A stretch of DNA of 64,000 nucleotides. Origin: a bacterium. Its GTDB lineage: Bacteria > UBA8248 > JACPRG01 > G963555815. How positions within the stretch are numbered: position 1 is the first letter of the stretch; each line of letters begins with the position of its first letter. The position numbers were made by a program, and so were the translations under genes. Below, one piece after another: positions 1 through 9,255 of this stretch. The stretch lies in contig CBDHDG010000006.1 of assembly GCA_965261595.1 (NCBI GenBank), forward strand, positions 224,001 through 288,000. Reading direction: 5' to 3'. The notes beneath the pieces are model-generated. The model saw only the letters and a program-made list of their open reading frames with translations, made no database searches and was not told where the DNA came from.

Positions 1-613
1 CCACCCCCGAGCTTTCTCCCTGGAACGCGTTGCGGCGGAACGGCAGGTCGTGGATGTAGATGATCTCCGAGTTCGAGACCGCGCTGATGTTGGTGTCCGG
101 CGCGATCGAGAAGCCGAAATAGGTGCGCCAGCGCCGGCGCGCCCGCATCGCCGTCAGAAAGCGCCGGACATTCTTGGCCACCAGGGGCGGCGGCTTCCCC
201 GCCAGCACGCGCTCGAAATGCTCCCGGGACAGGGCGTCCTCGCGTTTGAAGAAGAACGCCCGGGCCAGCTCCAGGCGCACGCGCACCAGGCCGGGACGGT
301 TGATCAGGATGGCGCGCAGGGCCGCGATCGCCTCGTCCAGCAGGGCGGTCTTTTCTTTCTCCTTGCTTGCCGGAAGACGCCTCGCCGCCTCGATGGACGA
401 GAGGCCGATGAGGAACAGAACGCCCGTCCTGTCCCGATGGCCCTTGGCCAGCGGGCGCAGGATGCGCAGGGCCTCGATATGGCGGCCCTGTTTCAGCAGG
501 GCCCGCGCGTTTTCTACCCGGGGGTCTTTGGAAAGATGAGAACGGGCCTGGGCGTCCGGGGCCGGGACGTGGAAGAGGAGGATGAGGACGAAGGCGAGGA
601 TCGGTTTTCTCAT
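1..613 (-). CDS. Slam / DUF560 surface-lipoprotein assembly modifier (type XI secretion outer-membrane protein), runs off window edge
   Basis: Not in ORF track. Manual translation MRKPILAFVLILLF (signal peptide)...EAIAALRAILINRPGLVRVRLELARAFF (TPR)...RRRWRTYFGFSIAPDTNIS (Slam barrel start motif APDTNI). Lies downstream of a TbpB-like lipoprotein. Confidence 0.8.
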   Translation of the reverse strand, partial: MRKPILAFVLILLFHVPAPDAQARSHLSKDPRVENARALLKQGRHIEALRILRPLAKGHRDRTGVLFLIGLSSIEAARRLPASKEKEKTALLDEAIAALRAILINRPGLVRVRLELARAFFFKREDALSREHFERVLAGKPPPLVAKNVRRFLTAMRARRRWRTYFGFSIAPDTNISAVSNSEIIYIHDLPFRRNAFQGESSGV

Positions 614-940
614 GGATGATGTTTTCTCATGGATGATGGACGCAAGAAAGGAGGGCGACCGCTCGGGTCCGCCCCGTGTGCGCGATGAGCTCCTTCAGAG
701 CCGTCATCGACTCGGCGTGGCCGACGCTCTGAATCTTCCCCATCTTTTCAGAAACCGGGCATGATTTCAAGTCCGTTCAAATCCCTGGTTACGGCCCGTT
801 AACCCCCGATTTACGACCCTTTTTCCATGACGGCGATGATATGCCCGACGCGCGCCGTCGCGGAGGATGGCGAATTCCCGATCCCCTGGTTCCCGCCCGC
901 CCCGCCTGGCGTGCAGCCGTTGCCGGTCGGTGCACACGCC

Positions 941-1062
941 CGTCATTCCCACGGAGGCAACCGGAGCCTGTCACCCCGGTAGGCTTCAGGCAGGAATCCT
1001 TTGAATCCTTCAATCGGGAGGCGGGCGGTCACTTCTCTGGATTCCCGCGTGCGCGGGAATGA
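941..1062. repeat. REP/dRS3-like palindromic elements (GTCATTCCC...GGAATCC and GGATTCCCGCGTGCGCGGGAATGA)
   Basis: ATTCCC-N8-GGGAAT hairpin at ~1041-1060, with a related inverted copy at ~941-1000. Confidence 0.6.
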
Positions 1063-1135
1063 ACGGACATGCGCCCTCGAATGCTTCAGGGAGTGGCAGG
1101 GGTGAGCTGACAGGTCCTTCCTCGATCCGTATACG

Positions 1136-1167
1136 AAAAGAGAGGGCGGCCAAGCGGCCGCCCTCCT
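1136..1167 (-). terminator. Rho-independent terminator after the lipoprotein gene
   Basis: GAGGGCGGCC-aagc-GGCCGCCCTC hairpin, followed on the minus strand by TCTTTT. Confidence 0.6.
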
Positions 1168-1212
1168 CGTCATGCCGTTCTGGAACGATGCTGCTTTCGC
1201 TTCTGACTTCTG

Positions 1213-2990
1213 TTACTTCTTCCTTGCGCCGAACCCGCCGGCCACGGTGCCGTTGCTGAAGTTGGCGTCGAACTCGCCGACCACGGCGCCCGGCGCCACA
1301 TTGCCAGGACAGGATCTTCGGTATTGCTAGGATCTTCGGTATTGCTAGTGAGTCCATTAGGCGGCGTTAGGCCGTGGAAGGTTCCGCTGAACTTCCCTGG
1401 AACTCCGCCGCCACTGGCCGTCCCGGAGATTGTGGAGATTTTATTGCTATTTTCGTCGGTTTTTTGGACGTGGTCGCCTATCAGATTCACCGCCCACGCG
1501 TTCTCCTCGTCGCCGGACAGTTCGAAATTCGTAATGCTTCCGGTGACGGTGTTTCTCTTGCTCTCAGCAACGTGCGTCCCGCCGAAGTACACCATCAGGC
1601 TGACGTCCGCCGAGAAGTGGCCGGAGGTGGCGCTTTCGGGTGTTGACCCGCCGGAGGGGTTGACCTCATGCACATATACGCCCGCGGCGCCACCTTTGTA
1701 GGTCGCGCTGCCCACGACGCTGTCAACATCGTTGCTCTCAGACATCGACGAACCCGCGAAGGTCTCGACCTCGTTGTACGTGGTCGCGCCGTCCTTTGTC
1801 GTCTTCTGCAGCCAGAAGCCGTAGTGCAGGTAGTCATCGTCGGTTACGTCGACCATTGCGTCTTTATCGGGAGTGAAAAACCAACCCTCCGAAGCATCGG
1901 TGACCATACCTTTCGCATTGAGCGTGATCATGCATTCGGAATCGCCGGTGCACTTGAGCATGCCCGACCCGCCGTCGAAGGGGGCGGCGGTTTCAAAAGC
2001 TTCTGCGAAAGTGAGTACAGCCTTCTCTCCGCCGCCGATAGTCTTTCCGCTGCCGATAAATGCAGACGACATCAACATCCCGGCATTGCCATCATCCATG
2101 CCATCTATGCCAACGATCATGAGATCACCGTCGATGAGCTCACGCTCATACTCACGCGAGAACGGCGTGGGCGTGGGCGCGTCGATGTCGGTGCGGACGA
2201 TCACGACTTCCTCGACTCCCTTGCCGTTGTCGCGCTTGTGCATGCTGCCACCGAAGCCGTTCGAGTCAGGCAGACCCGCCATTTGATCCTCGAATTTCGG
2301 ATCGTCGTCCTTCTCCATCGCGGTGTCCTTGATCGTGACCGACTGGGCGCCGTCCTTGTGCGCGATGGTGAGCGAATAGGAGAGCGGACTGTCAGGATCT
2401 ACTACCAGGCTGAGGGCCCTACTGCCGCCGAGACCAGCGTCGTTCACCCCTGTATCCTCTTTGGCCTCGTCACCGATGGCTTCCTCTTTTGTCAGCGCTG
2501 CTGCCGTGTCCGCCATTTTTTTCGCTTCTGCTGCCGCCGCCTCGTCCATCACCGTTTGCGCCGCTGCCGACGCGGTCATGGCCGCCGTATATGCCGCATG
2601 CGCTTTCCCTTGTTCGGCCTCCGCCAGATCCGCCACTGCTTCGGCCGTGCCCAGGTTGTCCGTCCCGTCGGCTATGGTTTTCGCTGCTGCTGCAGCGCCC
2701 GCCGCCGCATTCGCCTTGTCAATCTCGGCTTGCGTTGCGTCGTCGATGGGGTCCAGCATCCCGGCCATATCCGCCGCCACCATAGTCGCCGTAGCCGCCG
2801 TGGCTGCTCTTCCCTGCGCGTCCGCTACTTTGTCCGCGTCCGTTGGTTCCGGCGTCGTCATACCACCACCGTTCATGTCGGCCGTGCTTGTGCTGCTGCC
2901 GCCGCCGCAACCCGCCACGGTAACCGCGAACAGGAGCGCCAGCGCAACCACGTGAAATCTGCTGATTAATTGCTTCAAACAGAACAACAT
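1213..2990 (-). CDS. Surface lipoprotein with C-terminal TbpB-like beta-barrel (T11SS cargo); frameshift near 1305
   Basis: Lipobox VAGC after a hydrophobic stretch, Ala-rich linker, barrel segment GSATYKGGAAGVYV...GHFSADVSL. The alternate frame gives the typical end GEFDANFSNGTVAGGFGARKK* (TAA 1213-1215). IS1380 starts 3 bp upstream of the ATG. Confidence 0.75.
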
Positions 2991-2993
2991 AGA

Positions 2994-4661
2994 CCCGCAT
3001 TTCCCATATGGATCATAAGTTTTGTCGGACCGAATGCCGTTTTCTCGTGTAAGATCAAGGTGTTGGCCTCTCCCTGCCATCATCTTGCGAGGGGACCCAA
3101 TGGGTGAAGCGAAGAAGGGGGCTTTGAAGATCCGTTTTGACCGTCGGCTGAGGCTTGAGTTTCACGGAACCAGAATCACTTCGGATGCGGGATTGCTGGC
3201 CTGCCGGGAGCTGGATGATGCGCTGGGTTTGACGGTGAGAGCGCCAGTGCAATTGCAAGAGATCCGTCATGGCCGGAACATCCAGCATGAGTTGGCGCCG
3301 CTATTGCGCCAGTCGGTCTATAGCCGCTTGGCAGGGTATGAAGACACCAACGATGCCGAGCGGTTGGCCCAGGACCCCGCGATGCAAGCCGTGGTCGGCC
3401 GCCGAGCGCTTGAGAAGCAGGCGGCGGGCGCCAACACCCTGAGCCGGTTCGAGACCGAGGTTCTCACCAGGGAGGAGAATCTCAAGGGGCCGGAGCGAGC
3501 TGAACCGGGAGTGGGTGGACCGGGCCATGGCACACTCACCCCATCAGCGAATCATCCTGGACATGGACAGCTCGGAAAGCCCCGTCCATGGGGAGCAGGA
3601 AGGTACGGCCTACAACGGCCACTTTCGTTGCACCTGTTATCACCCTCTTTTTTGCTTTAACCAGTTCGGGGACTGCGAAGGGGCGATGTTGCGCCCCGGC
3701 AACGTGCACAGCGCCGATGGCTGGCGCGAGTTGCTTTCGCCCATCGCGGCCCGGTATGAGCGGGCGGGTGTTCGCCGTTACTTCCGAGCCGATGCCGCCT
3801 TTGCGCGCCCGGAGGTTTATGAGTGCCTGGAAGCGCACAGCTTCCATTACGCCATCCGCCTTCCCGCCAACGACGTGGTGCAGCGAGAGATCGACTTCCT
3901 CCTCACCCGCCCGGTCGGTCGCCCGCCCAAGAGACCCATCATCTTCTATTACGACTTCCGGTATCAGGCTGGAAGCTGGGACCGTTCCCGGCGGGTCGTG
4001 GCGAAGGTGGAATGGCACTCAGGCGAACTCTTCCCTCGCGTCGGATTCATTGTCACGAACCTGACGGCTCGACCCGAGGGGGTCGTGCACTTCTACAACC
4101 AGCGAGGCACAGCCGAGCAATGGATCAAGGAAGGCAAGTACGCCCTGAACTGGACACGCCTTTCCTGTCACCGGTTCGTGTGCAACCAGGTGCGGCTCCT
4201 TCTCTTCGTCCTGGCGTACAACCTGGGCAATTTCCTGCGCAGGCTAGCCTTGCCCAGGGGGCTCAAGCACTGGTCGCTGCGAAGCCTCCAGGTCAAGCTC
4301 ATCAAAATGGGCGGGAGGATTGTGCGGCACGCCCGGCAGATCATCTTTCAATTGGCCGAAGTAGCGGTATCCAGGGAAGAGTTCGCCATCATCCTGGACC
4401 GAATCAACCGATTACGGCCGGTGCCGGTCTAACCTTGTGCAGAGGGTTCCCGGCAGCATGAGGTGATTGGTTAACGGGTTGAACCGCGAATAAAGGGGAC
4501 CGAAGGGCGAGGGTCCGCCTTTTGGGGCAGTCGATGGCCGTCAGCACCTTGTTGCGGAGGGTTGGAAGGCTCTTGACAGACCCATCGGAAGGGGGTCAAC
4601 TGGTTTTCATCGGGAAAGGGGACCGGAAACCACCCAAGCAAGTTGATATGGGAAATTCCGG
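2994..4661 (+). mobile_element. IS1380-family element A, copy 1
   Basis: IRs CCCGCATTTCCCATAT / ATATGGGAAATTCCGG. Transposase motifs TSDAGLL, LDMDSS, FRADAAF, YNQRGTAEQWIKEGK. No target duplication (ATAGA vs TTTGA). Confidence 0.92.
3100..4432 (+). pseudogene. IS1380 transposase split by a +1 frameshift near 3500
   Basis: ORFs 3022-3660 and 3515-4432 join as ...ENLKG / LNREWVDRAM. Confidence 0.8.
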
Positions 4662-4669
4662 TTTGATCA

Positions 4670-4687
4670 CATAATGTTAGCATTATG
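4670..4687. promoter_or_regulatory. Palindromic operator-like site upstream of the TAXI operon
   Basis: CATAATG-TTAG-CATTATG perfect 7-bp inverted repeat, ~105 bp before the ATG. Confidence 0.5.
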
Positions 4688-4792
4688 CGCATTCTGACTC
4701 TACCAGGGCCCAAAGGGGAATTGCGTCTCCAACGGTCGGGGAAGGCCGCTCACTCTCGCTCTCGAGGGGGACGGAAAAGGGAGGATGTCACA

Positions 4793-5776
4793 ATGTACCG
4801 AAAGATCATGACCGTTTTGCTGGCTTTAGGTTTTCTGGGGTTAACCGGCTTTGCCGGGACGGGCGCCCTTGCCGCGGAGAGGACTTTTCTCAAGATCGGC
4901 GCCTCCAGTCTGGGCGGTTCGTGGTTCCCCACCATGGCCATCACCGCCAGCGTCATCAACGCCAAGATCCCCGGCGTGATCTCCACCGTGACGACGGGGG
5001 GAGCCATCACCAACGTCCGCAACATCCAGAGCGGTAAAATCCAGATGGGGTTCACCTACACGGGTGTTTCGGGCGAGGCCTGGAATGGAAAGGGCGTTTT
5101 CAAGAAGCCCAACCGGAATTTCCGGGCCATCGGAATCTATATGGATTCCGTTTTTTCGATCACCGTGCCCGCCAAGAGCTCCATTAAGACCTTCTACGAC
5201 ATCAAGGGGAAGCGGACCTCCGCGGGAAAGAAGGGCTGGGGCTCTACACAGGCCTATGCGCGGATGCTTGCGGCCCACGGGCTCAGCTTCGAGATGATCC
5301 GCAAGTCCGGCGGAAAGGTCCACCACGTGGGCTGGAGCGATGCCGTTCTCCTCATGAAGGACCGGCAGGTGGACGTGATCCAGTTGGCCCAGTCGATCCC
5401 CAACCCCCTCATCATGCAGCTTGAGGCCTCCTTCCCGGTCCGGGTTCTGGGCATGAAGAAGGCTGTTGCCGATAAGCTCGTGAGCAACTTCCCGGGCTAT
5501 GTCGCCGTCAAGATCCCGAAGGGGATGTACAAGGGGCAGATCGAAGACGCCTGGACCATCTCCGACAACAACATGCTTGTCGCGAGTAGCAAGCTGCCGG
5601 ACGACCTGGTCTACAAGATCACCAAGGCCATCTACGAGACCCCCAAGCCCTTCCAGAAGCTCGCCTGGTTGAGAAAGATGAGCTGGAAGACCGCCACAAG
5701 CGGCGTCCCCATCCCCTTCCACCGCGGCGCTGCCCGTTATTACAAGGAAAAGGGGATCACCGTTCGGTCCGAATAG
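4793..5776 (+). CDS. TAXI-family TRAP substrate-binding protein
   Basis: Signal peptide, IGASSLGGSW, TTGGAITN, LPDDLVYKITKAI, PIPFHRGAARYYKE. Confidence 0.92.
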   Translation: MYRKIMTVLLALGFLGLTGFAGTGALAAERTFLKIGASSLGGSWFPTMAITASVINAKIPGVISTVTTGGAITNVRNIQSGKIQMGFTYTGVSGEAWNGKGVFKKPNRNFRAIGIYMDSVFSITVPAKSSIKTFYDIKGKRTSAGKKGWGSTQAYARMLAAHGLSFEMIRKSGGKVHHVGWSDAVLLMKDRQVDVIQLAQSIPNPLIMQLEASFPVRVLGMKKAVADKLVSNFPGYVAVKIPKGMYKGQIEDAWTISDNNMLVASSKLPDDLVYKITKAIYETPKPFQKLAWLRKMSWKTATSGVPIPFHRGAARYYKEKGITVRSE

Positions 5777-5878
5777 GGCAAGACACCCGGACCTGGATTC
5801 CGAGGAGCCGGGGGGAGGGAATCCCCCCGGCGCTCGCGAAACGGAAACGGAGAGCCGCTTTTCCTCGGGAGGTGGATC

Positions 5879-7786
5879 TTGGCGGACAAGGCGTCGAAAC
5901 CTCTGGGGAAGGCGGGTGCGTCCTGGTGGAACCGAACGGCCACGGTGGTGGCTGTCGTCTTCATGGTTTTTCACCTCTACACGGCGTACTTCGGCGTGTT
6001 CGAGTCCTATTTTCAGCGTTCCCTGGACGTTTCGTTCATCCTGCTGCTGGTCTTTTTGACTCAACCCCTCAGCAAAAGAGCCCCGGACAACCGCTTGTTC
6101 CTGGGGGTGGACCTCCTCTGCCTGGCTCTGGTCGTCGTCATCGGGTATTACAGCGCTGCGAACAGCGACGACATCCTGATCCGGGCGGGCGCGGCGACGA
6201 ATTTGGACCTGTGGCTGGGTGGGGCGGTCTTGGTTTTGGTGCTGGAGGCCACGCGCAGGGCCGTGGGATGGGCCATGGTGATCCTCACCCTGTTCTTCTT
6301 CTTGTACTCCATGTTCGGCCGGTACTTTCCCACGGCCATCGCCCACGGCGGCTACTCGGTGGAGGAGATCATCACGCTGAATTTCATGGCGACGGACGGC
6401 CTGTACGGTCTCATCCTCGGTGTGTTCTCGACCTTCATCATCATCTTCGTCATCTTCTCCTCTTTCCTCCAAGAGACGGGTGCGGTCAACTTCTTCATCA
6501 ACCTGTCCAACGCGATTGCGGGACACTTCTCGGGCGGCCCCGCCAAGGTGGCGGTGGTGTCGAGCGGCTTCATCGGCTCCCTTTCGGGAAGCTCCGCGGC
6601 CAACGTGGTCACGACCGGCTCGTTCACCATCCCGATGATGAAGCGGATGGGGTACCGCGGGGAGATGGCCGGGGGCGTTGAGGCCGCGGCCTCGACCGGG
6701 GGGCAAATCATGCCGCCCATCATGGGAGCGTCCGCCTTCGTCATCGCGGCCATTTTGGGTGTGCCGTACCTGGAGGTGATGAAGGCCGCCATCATTCCGG
6801 CGCTCCTGTACTTCCTCTCGGTGGGGATGGTGGTCCACTTCCTCTGCCTGCGCCTGGGCCTCAAGGGACTTCCGAAATCCGAATTGCCCCGGGTTGGTGC
6901 GGTATTGAAGGAGGGCTGGTTTCTCTTTCTCCCGGTCGCCGCGATCGTGTTTTTCCTGGTCCGGGGATACACCGCGCTCATGGCGGGGTTCTGGGCGATC
7001 CTCGTCGTCCTGGTGGTGACGGTCTTTCGCCGGGAGAGCCGGATCACGCCGAGGAAATTCCTCCACGCCCTGGATCGCGCGGGCCGCGGGGTCGTCTCCG
7101 TCGGCGTTACGGGGGCTGCCGCGGGAATCCTCGTCTCGTTCATCGTGATCTCCGGCCTGGGCCTTCGGCTCAACGACCTCATTCAGCTCCTTTCCGGCGG
7201 GAACCTCCTGGCGGCGCTGTTCTTCACGATGATCGCCTCCCTGATCCTCGGGATGGGGATGCCCACCGTGGGGGCTTACATCATCGTCGCCACCCTGGGC
7301 GCGCCGGCCCTTGAGGAAATGGGCGTCAGTCCGATGGCCACGCACATGTTCGTCTTCTTCTTCGCGATTGTCTGCAACGTGACGCCGCCGGTGGCCCTGG
7401 CCGCCTACGCCGCGGCCCCCATCGCCGGGAGCGATCCCTGGAAGACGGGCTGGTTGGCCTTCCGATATTCGCTCGCCGGTTTTCTCATACCCTACTTTTT
7501 CGTGTACAACAATTCCCTGCTTCTGGCGGGGAGCGCCGGCGGAATTTTCTGGTCCGTCCTGACGGCCGTGCTGGGGGTTGTCTGTCTCGCCGCGTTCACG
7601 GCCGGCTTCTATGTCCGCCCGGCGACACTTGTGCAGCGGGGGCTTCTGCTCCTGGGGGCCCTGGCGCTTCTCAACGGCTCCCTCTGGACGGATGGGGTGG
7701 GCATCCTCATCCTCGTCGGGCTCTATTTGTGGCAGCGGGTCTCATCTCCCGCAGAGCTCGTCGGCGCCGTCGAGGGAGAAGGTTGA
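5879..7786 (+). CDS. TRAP transporter fused permease (4TM/12TM, TAXI type)
   Basis: GGPAKVAV, GSSAANVVTTGSFTIPMMK, ASTGGQIMPPIMGA, TPPVALAAYAAA. Confidence 0.93.
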   Translation: MADKASKPLGKAGASWWNRTATVVAVVFMVFHLYTAYFGVFESYFQRSLDVSFILLLVFLTQPLSKRAPDNRLFLGVDLLCLALVVVIGYYSAANSDDILIRAGAATNLDLWLGGAVLVLVLEATRRAVGWAMVILTLFFFLYSMFGRYFPTAIAHGGYSVEEIITLNFMATDGLYGLILGVFSTFIIIFVIFSSFLQETGAVNFFINLSNAIAGHFSGGPAKVAVVSSGFIGSLSGSSAANVVTTGSFTIPMMKRMGYRGEMAGGVEAAASTGGQIMPPIMGASAFVIAAILGVPYLEVMKAAIIPALLYFLSVGMVVHFLCLRLGLKGLPKSELPRVGAVLKEGWFLFLPVAAIVFFLVRGYTALMAGFWAILVVLVVTVFRRESRITPRKFLHALDRAGRGVVSVGVTGAAAGILVSFIVISGLGLRLNDLIQLLSGGNLLAALFFTMIASLILGMGMPTVGAYIIVATLGAPALEEMGVSPMATHMFVFFFAIVCNVTPPVALAAYAAAPIAGSDPWKTGWLAFRYSLAGFLIPYFFVYNNSLLLAGSAGGIFWSVLTAVLGVVCLAAFTAGFYVRPATLVQRGLLLLGALALLNGSLWTDGVGILILVGLYLWQRVSSPAELVGAVEGEG

Positions 7787-7857
7787 CGGGGGATGTCGGT
7801 GACAAACCTTGACAGGACAACCGTGGACGTGATCCCGGCGGATTGGCGAATGTGGTC

Positions 7858-7958
7858 ATGAACGGCCTGAATATGCTGAAAAGAATCCGGACGGACGAGA
7901 CCCTCAAAGACATTCCGGTCATTATGCTGACGGCGTTGCAGAGCAGGGAGAAGTCATG
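7858..7958 (+). pseudogene. Receiver-domain fragment
   Basis: Translates MNGLNMLKRIRTDETLKDIPVIMLTALQS, the C-terminal half of a REC domain only. Confidence 0.55.
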
Positions 7959-8041
7959 AACGCATTTCTCTCCGGTATGTTGGGGGGAAGTGACGCTTAA
8001 CCCATCCAACACCTTGAAGATCCCAGAGAAGGAGAGAAGCC

Positions 8042-8809
8042 ATGAGAGGCTGGACCGACGATTGGAAGGCGACCATCGGCTGGGTGACGCCGGGCACCGT
8101 GGACAAAACCTATCAGGATTTCTTCCGGATGGTCCCCGCGGACATCAACCTGATCATCTACACCACATCGTGGGCGCTGAAGATGCTCCACCCCGGACAG
8201 TTCGACGTGGAAGACTTCAAGGGGCAGCGGGACAGCGTGATCGCGGATGTCCTCCAGCTCCAGCGATACCAGTCGCCCGATTTCTTCGCCGTCACGGGCG
8301 ACCTGATCCAGGCGGCGATGGGTCCCCGCTGGACAAAGGAGCTGGAAAGGTCGATCGAAGAGGCCACCGGAAAATCCGCAACGACCGCCATGACGGCCGT
8401 GACAGAGACCCTCGAGGACATGGGGGTCAAGAAGGTCGCAGTGGGGACCCCTCACCGGGACGACCAGAACGAGCATATTCGGGGCTACCTGGAGGCGGCG
8501 GGCCTGGAGGTCACAGCCATCTCCGGGTACCACACCAACAGCCACGGGGAAATCCACGCCCTCCGGGAGGACACCCCCTACGAGAAGGGAAAAGAGGTCT
8601 TCCTGGCGGCGCCCGGCGCGGAGGCCATCTACCTTTCCTGCCCCCTCTGGCACGGGGCCTCGGACACGATCGAAAAGCTGGAGGCGGAATTAGCCGTCCC
8701 CGTCCTCACGCAGTTCAACCCCATCCTCTACAAGGCGCTGAACGCCCTGGGTCGCAGCGGGCCGGTCGAGGGCTTCGGAAGGCTGCTGGGGGGCGGGAAA
8801 GCCCAATAA
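8042..8809 (+). CDS. Maleate isomerase / arylmalonate decarboxylase (Asp/Glu racemase superfamily) protein
   Basis: IGWVTP start, ATTAMTAV..L..MGVKKVAVGTPH, AEAIYLSCP, LAVPVLT. Confidence 0.75.
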   Translation: MRGWTDDWKATIGWVTPGTVDKTYQDFFRMVPADINLIIYTTSWALKMLHPGQFDVEDFKGQRDSVIADVLQLQRYQSPDFFAVTGDLIQAAMGPRWTKELERSIEEATGKSATTAMTAVTETLEDMGVKKVAVGTPHRDDQNEHIRGYLEAAGLEVTAISGYHTNSHGEIHALREDTPYEKGKEVFLAAPGAEAIYLSCPLWHGASDTIEKLEAELAVPVLTQFNPILYKALNALGRSGPVEGFGRLLGGGKAQ

Positions 8810-9255
8810 GTGGCCGCTCTCGGGAACGGGTGGACCCGCTATTGGACATCGACCCCCCGCCACCCCTTGCGTCCTTTGGTTGGTGAGAAATCCGGGTATA
8901 ATGGATCAAGCGTCTCTTCCGGACCACAAGGCGGCTCCCGTCTTTGGAGGGGTCTCCCACCCCACTGAGGCGACGGCGGGGAGAATCCGTCGGCGGCGCG
9001 GAAGAGAAAGGAGCCAACATACCCGGTCCCGGAATCCGACGGGCCGGACGGATCAGCAAGGAGACCAAACATGGGTGAATTTGCCAAAGTCGCCAAGGTC
9101 GGTGATCTCTCGGAGGACTCATGTAAGCTTGTGGAAGCGGGGGGCAAGCGCATTGCCCTGATCCGCACGGAAAAAGGCTACTGCGCCATCGACGATTCGT
9201 GTACGCATAAGGGAGGACCGCTGTCTGAAGGCGAGGTGGAAGGAAACGAAGTGAC

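Noticed and set aside
2989..4666. Extended transposition unit for IS1380-A copy 1
   Set aside because: No ATAGA duplication after an IR-like sequence was found by eye; an adjacent deletion is more likely.
4841..7345. Long antisense ORFs (also 54818-58276, 10916-12211, 18127-19821, 29133-30614)
   Set aside because: Shadow frames of well-supported genes in GC-rich DNA, with no motifs.
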